NCBI GenBank assembly: GCA_000002445.1
Contig: AL929603.2
Coordinates: 320,001-384,000 of the forward strand
Direction: 5' to 3'
Source: Trypanosoma brucei
Lineage: Eukaryota
Length of the DNA: 64,000 nt
Shown piece after piece: positions 54,878 to 64,000 of this stretch. The translations under genes and the position numbers were made by a program. The notes under the pieces are model-generated. The model saw nothing but the letters and a program-made list of their open reading frames with translations, was not told the origin of the DNA and made no database searches. Each line of letters opens with the position of its first letter. Within the stretch, counting starts at the first letter, position 1.

Positions 54878-56872
54878 ATGGGAGGTGCGCCTTCTCGGGA
54901 GGCGACAGTTGTGTACTCGTATCTGCGAGGTACGTATGAAATTGGCCTCATTCCCCTTACAAGTGCTTTCTTTGGCCGGCCGTCAGGACGGGGGGAACAT
55001 GAAGGGGAAAATGTGCTACGGGGGCATTTCTTACAGATGCGGGAGGATCTCTTCGCGGCCTGTACACTCCCAACCCGAAACAAAGTGCTCTCATGGACAG
55101 AAATCGTGCCCAATCGATTTACGGGGGAGGACCTTGACGCGTTTTTGGAAATTGTGGACAAGCGGCTCTACCCAACAAATGCGGCAATGGTAGCAGATAA
55201 AAATTCTCCACTTCTCCCGGTCCCATGTGCTGTTTGTCTTGTCTGCAAAGATGGTCGGGAGCGCCGTGGCAGTTTTCGCTGGCGCGGGCGGAACATTGTC
55301 ATCATCGGTTACTTTGGATGCATGGATGAAAAGCTTGATGCGGCTTTCAAAACAGAGAAACGCACGCCACGCCAGGGGATGTACAGCATCACTGCCGCTG
55401 TATTTCCCTCTATTGGTGATCGTACGTTTGACCGCGTTCTTGCCTTAGCACCAGTGATGCTTCGGGGGCAGTTTGTGGGATCTGTGTTGCAACTCCGTAG
55501 GGGAGGAGGGGAATTCGCAACGCCCTTGAGTGAGCGTGGGGAAATGGTTGATGTCTCTAGTGAGGCTCCTTCGCTCGGAGCGGGAATTGGTGGAGTGGTA
55601 GGGCAATCAGATGGATTGATTCATGAGGATTCTGCAGTTGACAGCGCCTTCGAAATGTTCGTGGAGCGCGTCTCCCAGATGTCTGTATTCGTTGAGGTGG
55701 TCTCGGATAACTACTCGTCACTGAAGTCTCTAGTGGAAAATGTTGCCTTCATCCAGATTCATACACAGGCGGAACCTAAACAGTGTACGCTTGATCTTCC
55801 TCCAATCGTTCAGAACGCCTTTAATCGCACTACAACTGCGAGCAGTTGCGAGAAGAAAGCTGACGCGGAGGGTCACCATGCAGAAAAGTCGCCTCCACAA
55901 CGTTCATCTGCCATGGAACAGGGGTCTTCTTGTTGCACCGTGCAAGGAGTAAGCTGCTCGTTGGAGCGCGATGATTTAACCGATCTGTCCAGTGTGGAGC
56001 CTGAAGGTTCATCTCACTTAAGTAAAGTGCCAACGGAGGATGGTGGTAGTTTTCACTTCTGTACAGAGATAGTTCGTGTTCATTTCAACGAGAGATATGT
56101 GTCCCTAGCCATCCAGTGGCTCTCAAGTTTCTTCCGAAAACCAACCTTGCTTGAGAATGGTTATTGGGTACACTACTGCCTGAAAAAGGAAGAGGAAGTG
56201 ATACGCAGAATACTCTGCCATCGCGATACTATTGTCTCCGGTTGGCGAACGTCTCACCCCGAACTCGCTAATCAATACATGGGTGACGGCACGGACAAAC
56301 TACTGGAGCACGTACGGATCCTTCAGCACGAATTACAACAAGCCCGCAAGGCTGCAGAAGAACCTACACTGCGTAAAAAAGCCAGTACGCCTCCCACTCT
56401 GCCGTGTCCGAATACCACTTCAATGGCAGTGTTGGCACCACCCCCTCCGCCTCATGTGATGCCGTACGCCGTGCCTCCTCTTCCGTCACCGGTTTATTTT
56501 GTTCAACAGCAACCTGTGGGAAACCCCATGTTTGTGTCGTTGCTTCCTTTTCAGCAAGTGCAGCAGGTTCCACAAGTGCAACAGATCCCACAATTTCAGC
56601 AGGTGCCGCAAATTCAGCCACTGCAACAGATTTCGCATGTGCAGCAGATCCCTCAATTGCAGCAAACCCAACCGGTACAGTCGATATCGCATGTTCAGCA
56701 GATTTCGCATGTGCAACCGATTCATCAAGTGCAGCAAATCTCACATGTGCAACCGATGCCATTGTACCACCTCCAACCACCTGAATTACAACAGCCCTCG
56801 GTTTGTTATCTTCCCTTTGGGGATGGAGGAGCTCTACCCCCAAGTTATGTCATTCCAAGCTCGCTGTCGTAG
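54878..56872 (+). CDS. Member 3 of the MGxxxS/Q-rich paralogous family, with an 18-bp periodic hexapeptide repeat in its tail
   Basis: MGGAPSREATVVYSYLRGTYEIGLIPL... Shared blocks are PVPCAVCLVCKDGRE, GRNIVIIGYFGCMD and TFDRVLALAPVMLRGQF. The tail reads QQIPQFQQVPQIQPLQQISHVQQIPQLQQTQPVQSISHVQQISHVQPIHQVQQISHVQP. Confidence 0.6.
   Translation: MGGAPSREATVVYSYLRGTYEIGLIPLTSAFFGRPSGRGEHEGENVLRGHFLQMREDLFAACTLPTRNKVLSWTEIVPNRFTGEDLDAFLEIVDKRLYPTNAAMVADKNSPLLPVPCAVCLVCKDGRERRGSFRWRGRNIVIIGYFGCMDEKLDAAFKTEKRTPRQGMYSITAAVFPSIGDRTFDRVLALAPVMLRGQFVGSVLQLRRGGGEFATPLSERGEMVDVSSEAPSLGAGIGGVVGQSDGLIHEDSAVDSAFEMFVERVSQMSVFVEVVSDNYSSLKSLVENVAFIQIHTQAEPKQCTLDLPPIVQNAFNRTTTASSCEKKADAEGHHAEKSPPQRSSAMEQGSSCCTVQGVSCSLERDDLTDLSSVEPEGSSHLSKVPTEDGGSFHFCTEIVRVHFNERYVSLAIQWLSSFFRKPTLLENGYWVHYCLKKEEEVIRRILCHRDTIVSGWRTSHPELANQYMGDGTDKLLEHVRILQHELQQARKAAEEPTLRKKASTPPTLPCPNTTSMAVLAPPPPPHVMPYAVPPLPSPVYFVQQQPVGNPMFVSLLPFQQVQQVPQVQQIPQFQQVPQIQPLQQISHVQQIPQLQQTQPVQSISHVQQISHVQPIHQVQQISHVQPMPLYHLQPPELQQPSVCYLPFGDGGALPPSYVIPSSLS
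56560..56770 (+). repeat. Coding tandem repeat with an 18-bp period, about 11 degenerate units of (S/P)HVQQI, inside the 54878-56872 CDS
   Basis: Units are directly visible: cagcagatttcgcatgtg / caaccgattcatcaagtg / cagcaaatctcacatgtg ... Confidence 0.7.
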
Positions 56873-59800
56873 TGATACATAGTGAGGAAATAAGAAAAAC
56901 AAAAAAAATGGATGAACGTGTGTAGTTCCATACCATGACTAGAGGAGCTGGAACGGCTCGTTCTTGTTCTTTTGATTTTTTTTCTTCCTTTTTATAAAAT
57001 TTTTAATTTTGTTGTTTTCTTTTTCTTCCCTGTTCTTCCTCTTGAAATGGTTAATTACCTTCCACTAGGATTGCTGTTTTTTGCCCTCTCAGAAGGCGTT
57101 TTTTTTTCTTTGTGCGCTCTGCTCGCATATTCGACATGTCCATCCTTTTTAGTTTTGCTTATAAAATGAGGAAAAAAGAAAATGAAGACTCGTTTCTCTT
57201 TATGTTTTTGTTCCTTCTGTTTGTGTGTGTTTGTTGTTGTTGTTGTTTTTGCGTGATTTTATGTGTGTGTGGGTAGTTGTTTTTCTTTTTCTTTTTTTTT
57301 TGCTGCTTTCGAAGCATTACGACTTGTAGCTGAGCGTTAAAAGCGAATGATTATTATATTATTATTATTATTCCCTCCTCTTCCTACTTGTCTTTGTTCG
57401 GCGGGTGTGTTTCTCCGTCGTGTTTCCTACTTTTTTTTTTGTGTATGTGTCTGTGTGTGTCTTTTTTTTTTTCCTGCTTCAAATTTGCTGCAGACAAATA
57501 AACAGAGAAAATAAAAGAGATGGTCATCTTCTCTTGTTGTTGTTTATTGTGATTCATTTTTTGTTTGTTTGTTTGTTTGGGGGAAGTCCGCGGATATGTA
57601 GAACAATTATGTTTTTCTTTTTTTTTTTGCTTAAGAAGTGGGAAGTAGTTTTTTTTTTTTCTGCTTTTGGTTGTTTTGATTTCCTGTTTTTGGTTGTCTC
57701 AGCCTTGCGTCCATTTGGATCAAGATAACACACAACTTCTTATTTGTCTTGTTTTTTGTTACTTTTTCGTTTTTTTATACTTTTTTTTTTCTCTTTTACT
57801 ACTTTCTCTTCCTGTGTTCGACTTTTTTTTTTTTTAATCTTTGTTTTCTTTTTTTGTTTGTTTATTTATCAGTTGTGCTGTTCTGCTTCATCTCATTTCT
57901 GCGGCTTTTCACACTTTTTTCGGTCATTTTTTTTTTACTTTGATTTACTTTTTTTGTCTGTTTTTTTTTCCCCCTTTCCTCCCTCCCCCCCTTTTCCTTT
58001 TCGGTGTTTTTTATTATTGTTATTATCATTATTATTCTTACGCCTATGGCTTTCATTTATTACTGTTTCACTGTTATTCTACACAGTGTTCTGCTATATC
58101 CCTTGCGTCGCAGGGAGTGACAACACATTTATATATATATATATATATGAAATATACAAATAATTATAAATATATATATATATATATATGGTCGTGTCTG
58201 AAATTGTATGTGCCTGTTCAGGGAGGAGCGTGAAAAAAAGAAAAAAAAGAAAAAGAAGGGGGAGGGAGAAAGAAAAAAAAGAAATAAGGAAGGAAGGAAG
58301 GAAGAAACAGAGAAGGAACAGGAAAGAAAGGAAAAAGCAAATAAAAAATGTACACATAAATACGCACGTCTGCATGCGTTTGTTTTGTGGTTTGTTGAAT
58401 ATTGAGTGCTTGGTTGAGTTAGAAACAAAACAAAAATAAAAATAAAAGGTGATGGAGATGGAGATGGAGATGGGGTTGGAAACTACAAAACAGACAGACA
58501 TGCAATCATGCGTGTGGTGCGTATTTATATTTATTTATTTATATATATATAAATATATATTTATTGATATATATTTTGACTTATGCACTTAGGCATATTT
58601 ATGGTGAAAGAACAACAACAACAACAACAACAAAAACAAAGTACAAAAAAGTTCTTTTTTTTTTCTTTTACTTACTTACTTAATTTTTCCTTTTGAGACG
58701 CGCACGCACACATGCCTCGCGTGCAGAAAAGAGGTTGCTCCAGTCGCCCCACCCCGCTGGAATCCGTCTGTGAAGCTTCAGGCTGCTGTTTAAGTTCCTG
58801 GTCGTAATTTTTTTATTCGTGTCTCTTCTTCTTTTTGTTTTTCTTTTTTCTTTTTTTTAAATTCCATTTTATTCGGCTGGGCCGCGCATTGTTTTTGTTT
58901 GTTTTTTGTTTTCTTGTTTGTTTGTTTCGGGTCTTGTATAATTTTAGTTGTGTTGTTGTATCATTTGTTTGTTTGTTTTTCAAACCTCCAACACGTGTTC
59001 CTTTTTTTTTTATTTATTTTTGCGTCCTCATGAGACCCCGCACCGCACCGCCATCACACAAATAATAAATAATAACAATAATAATAAAAAAAGAAAGACA
59101 AAAAGAAAAAGAAAAAGGAAAAGAAAAGAAAAAATATATATCTTTTGACATGAACACACATGCCGGCGCACGGTCGCCTTATTCCAACATAAAGAGAGGG
59201 GAAAAGGAGGAAAAAAAAAAAGAAGAAGCGTATTCCCCACTGGGAGAAGTAAATCCAAGTAAAAACACGAATAAAAAAAATATAACAAATGAATGGGAAG
59301 TGGGAAAAAGAAAGGGAGGATGAGGAAAGTGAAGAAAGAAAGGAAGAAAAGAAATAATTTTCCTTTTTTTTAAAAAAAAAGGAAAAGGAAAGGAAAGGAA
59401 AGCGGAAGAAGAAGAAGAAAAAGGAAATGAAATTTAAGTTTAAATTTAAACGAAGAAAATGGAATGATATAAAGATGGAAGTGTAGTGTTTGTTGCGCAT
59501 ACGGCGGTATGGGAGAGAAATTTGAGAGGAAAATTGATTAAGTGAATTAAATAAGAAGAGAAGGATTAATAGATATATATATATATATATATACATATGA
59601 TGGAAGGGAATGATGTGAAACGTGAAACTCGTGCGTTTTTTTTGTGTGCTTGTTTATATGTCTTTCCTTGTTTTTCTTTTTGTTTTGACTTGTCTCGCTG
59701 TGGCGTGACGGGAGTTTGTAAAGGCACTTTTTCCCCGTCATTATTATTGTTATTATTATTATTATTATCTATTGTTATTAGTATTCCTATTCCTATTTCT

Positions 59801-61314
59801 ATTCCTACTACCGCTATCATTATTATTATTATTCATACTATTCCTATTGCTACTACTATGATTATTATTATTATTACTATTATTATTATTGTTATTGTTA
59901 CTATCATTACCCCTCGTTTGTATTTATACTCATGAGTACAAATACATCCACTATTCACACATTTATATATATTTATATATTTACATATATATATTTATAT
60001 ATAAATATATTTCTGCTTGTGTGCTCGTTTCTTGTGTACTGCACTGGAATAGGAGGAAAACAAAAAAAAGCTGCAGATAAAGTGAAGAAAAGAAATTTTT
60101 TTTATTATGGAGGGGAGAGGATAAAAATAGCAGTGATCATAATGAGAACAATTTTTTTTTCCTAACAGAACAAAGCAAAAAAAAAAGTGCGTAATTAGGA
60201 ACAGTGAAGAGGAGGGGGGGGGAAAATAAATAAATAAATAATAATAATAAATGAACAGCACCGCATGAAAACGTGTGAAATGTTGGTGTCTTTTTCTTCC
60301 TCCTTTTTTGGTAAAGGAGTGTTTCCACGTGTTCCATACTTCCTTTCCAATATTTTTCTTGCTTTTTCTTTTTTTTTCTTTTCTTTTCTATCCTATTTTA
60401 TGGTTCATGTTTGTTTTTTTCATTTTCATTTTCATTTTCTCTCTTTCTCTCTTTCTCTCTCCCTCTGCGTGTGTGCGCTCATTTGTGTGTTTGGACTTGG
60501 ACTTGGACTTGGATATGACGTTATTTTAAGTGCTTTTTTTTCTTTCTTTTCTTTTTTCTTTTAAAATATTTGGTTGGTTGCGGTGTTTTTTCGTTTTGAT
60601 AAATTGGGGCTTAAGTACGAAAAAAAAAAAGGATGACGATCAAGTAAGTGAATGAATTAACAAAAGAAAATAAAATGAAAATAAAATAAAATGTATCAAA
60701 CAATTTTAAAAAAAATGATCGGAATGGTGAATTCTTTTTCTTTTTTTTTTCTTGATATATACTTCACTTCGATTTCTTATTTTTATATCAGTTATTATTC
60801 ATACAAAAAAAAAGTGAAAATAAAAATGTCGAAAGGAGGAACCCTGAATGACGGGAGCAACTTCCGTGATTTTGTCTTTTTTTTTCCCACTTTTCGGGAA
60901 CAACAACAACAAAAAGGAGAACAGAAAATGAAAAAAATGAAAAATAAAATGCAAGTGATAGTGATAATGATGATGATGATGATGATAAACAATAGTGATC
61001 ATTAGATCTTTGATTTTGAATTTGAAAAGGAGAAAGAATTGGTAATTGCCAAGCAAAAGGTTGGGACATTGCCGGTTCAAGGGGGAGGAATAACAAAAGT
61101 AAGTTAAATTCAAATGAAAAAAAAAAGGAGGGGGGAAAAAGTTGAAAGGAAAAATATTGGAAACGTATCCACAAAGTTTTTTTTTGAAATTTCCTCTTCA
61201 TTTATCTTTTCACCATTTTATTTAATTTTTATTTTGTATCATTACTTCCTTTCTGTTGCCTCATTATCTCATCTCACATACACGTTTCTACTTTTCTGTA
61301 TTTTCATATTTAAA

Positions 61315-61352
<38 letters not shown>

Positions 61353-62376
61353 TATAAGCAGCTGAAAAAAGATATGTTTATAAATTAATAGATATAAAAT
61401 ATATATATATATATATATATTTGTATCCTTGTGTGTGTGCACGTGGATTTGTGTAAGTATGTATTTATTACTAAAACATATGAAATTTCAAAGAAAAAAC
61501 AAAAAAAAGAAGAGAAATGTAATACAGAAAATAAAATAAAATAAATAAAAGGGAGGCAACCCCCGGTGTGTTTTTGTGCACATAAAATTGTGAAATTTTG
61601 TAAAAAAAAAAAAGGAAATTAAATAGCGAATAGTCATGAATATATGGAAATTCGCACACATGAATACTATCAGCGATATCATTCTTCATAAATGTTGACG
61701 GCACTGAAACACTTTTGTAGTGTGAGATACAAGTTTTTTTTGTTTTTTTTTTATTTAAAGGGAAAACTGAAAAGGAGGAAAGCGAAGAAAAAAAAGAGAG
61801 AAGAAAGACGAGGCTGCAGAAACAATACTCGTCCGAGTGTGAATGTGATAGAAATGGATCAATTTATTGTTATTATTATTATTTCTATCTCTATGGTTGT
61901 TATCATTATTACGATGATGATGATGATTACTGTTATTGTTACTATTATTATTATTATTGCAGGCTGCATCGAACTGTCTCCTCCAGCACATGTGTTTGCA
62001 TTTGTTTCTTCTTTTTCTTCCTTTTTTTTTCTTCCTCTTTCTCCACTGCGCCGTCAGGTGAAGTGATATAATGAATGCACAGTTGTGCAAAGAAGTGTGA
62101 AATAGAGGTGGGGTGATTTTTTTTTTCCCTTTGAAAGCCATTTTTTTTTCCTTTTTGCTGTGTTTTATTTCCCTTTTCGTTTTGTTTATGTTCCTTCCCC
62201 TCCTTCATACTATCTTCAATTTTGTCTCTTTTTTTTTGCTTTTTTTTGTCTTTTCTTTTATTTTTATTTTCCAGTCTTTACTTCATTTAAAGTTGTTATA
62301 CTTTTGCTACGTGTTACACGTCTCTTGGCGGATGCCCACGCCTAATTTACAAAAAAAGAAGAGAATACAAAATATA

Positions 62377-62416
<40 letters not shown>

Positions 62417-64000
62417 TATTCAAAAAAATGTAAACAAAAGGACAAAGTTGTACAACTTGCTTAATTACATTATTTATATGTTGGTGCGGAATTTACAAAT
62501 TTGCTGCTAACTGAACGCAATACAAAAACATCGAATTCCTCAGAAAGAAGAAAAAAAACAAGGGAGTTAAGAAGAAGGAAATTTGTTGGGTTGGTTTGAA
62601 ATGAGACTAAAATGCTGCGAGTGGATTTTTTTTATTTTTATTAAATCCACAACTGGGTGTTTTGTTTTCTGCTGCTGTTCCTGTTGCGCCTCACATTTGC
62701 ATTTAAATGCATTTTATGAATGAGCCTTATTATGTTTGGCATATTCGATGTTTTATATGCTGAAGCTTTTCCTCTTTTATTTCATTTTATTTCATGCTTA
62801 TTTTCGCTTTTTATATATTTTTGTTCTACAACATGTGTTTATTTATATATAAATATTTATATTCATAGGTGATAAGCCTTAACCGTGCCGGGACAATTTG
62901 AGAATCGCCTTTTTTTTTCAAGTTGGTTTTTTTTTATTTAAAAAAAAAGTTGTTGACTCCGTTGGAGATCCTTACCCCGATGCCTTTGGGCTGTGGCGAG
63001 GGAAGAAGTGACAAATCACATTAATACAAATAGTTTATTTATTTATTTTTTTTGTAAAAGAATAAAAAATAAAAGAAGAAAGTGAACAAAAAAGAAACAG
63101 AAAAACCGAGGAAGTGGGTACTTCCGGGAAATAACAAAACACATAAAATTCAAACGAAGCACATAAAACACGACCATGTGTTTGTGTGTGTGTGCTTTCT
63201 TTCTTTTTTTCTTTCTTTTCTCTTTTTCTTTTTCTTTTCTCTTTTTCTTTTGTGATACTGTGTGGTTGACTTGGTTTTACAAATTAACACATGCTTATGC
63301 AACATTGCTATGCTGTCTATTTTGGTGGTGGGTGGGGAGATTTTTTTTTTTGGTTTTTTATGTATTTCAAATATTTTCTTCTTTTTCTTTTTCTTTTTTG
63401 CTTTTAATTATTCATCTGAACTCTTTGATGAATGGCGTGTATGCTTTTTCTTTTTTCTCTTTTTTTTTTCCTTCCTTATGTTGCGTGGGGTTGGAAAATA
63501 AAATAAAGAAAAAAGAAAAGGGACAAAAAGAAAACCATGAGTTTTACTGATGAAATAATAAATGGTGGCGATGAAAGTGCTGTGAGATATAAACAAACCA
63601 AACAAGCAAACAAATAAGTGAACGAATTAATGAAATGAATAGGGAAAAAAAAAGGAAAAAAAAACTAGAAAAAAATACGAGCAGATGATAAAAGTGTGAC
63701 GAATTTAAATAAATATATTATATTTATTTAAATGTATATTCATGCATTTTATGTTATTGTTGTCTGTCATGTGGCTGGATAAAAACTCCTATATTAAGAA
63801 TGCTTCCGGGCATATCTGTGTGTGGTTTTTTTTCTTTTTTCTTTTTCTTTTTCTTTTTCTTTACACCTTTTTAATGAGCGCTGTAACATTCCATTTATTC
63901 ACTTAAATTGTTACTTTTGATGTGTTTCTGTACTTCTTTTTTTTTTTTTTCCTCCTCCCCCTTCCTTCCTTCTTTTCTTTTTCACCCTTAAACTCATTTG

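Noticed and set aside
59054-59596. 180-aa minus-strand ORF and neighbouring ORFs at 57405-58501
   Set aside because: Poly-F/L/S translation of T-rich spacer. Multiple overlapping frames on both strands are typical for low-complexity sequence.

Overview
This window looks like a kinetoplastid nuclear chromosome segment, most like the Trypanosoma brucei group, though no database search was possible. The reasons are that every convincing gene lies on the + strand, as in a single polycistronic transcription unit. There are no introns. Each ORF is preceded by a polypyrimidine tract followed by an AG, which is the trans-splice acceptor architecture. The long spacers are AT-rich and low in complexity, with many (TA)n, (TTA)n, (CA)n and poly-T/poly-A runs. 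I support 21 protein-coding genes. They include CTP synthase, homocysteine S-methyltransferase, a kinesin, the PP2A scaffold (PR65) subunit, a TUTase/noncanonical poly(A) polymerase-type nucleotidyltransferase, an RWD/DFRP (RWDD1-like) protein, a Hikeshi/OPI10 homologue, a DnaJ-type protein whose HPD motif is replaced, a HAT-repeat RRP5-like protein, a PPR protein, and two adjacent tiny zinc-ribbon proteins resembling RNA-polymerase subunit ABC10alpha/Rpb12. The most unusual region is 40.2-56.9 kb. It carries three diverged paralogues of one unrecognised protein family. Each begins with an N-myristoylation-type MGxxxS start and ends in a Gln/Pro-rich low-complexity tail. One tail contains an 18-bp periodic coding repeat. 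The three genes are separated by two ~5.5 kb AT-rich spacers that appear gene-free, which is very long for this genome style. I did not find tRNAs, rRNAs, CRISPR arrays or recognisable retroposons. The ORF track uses non-ATG (TTG) starts in places, and I corrected several gene starts to the first in-frame ATG.
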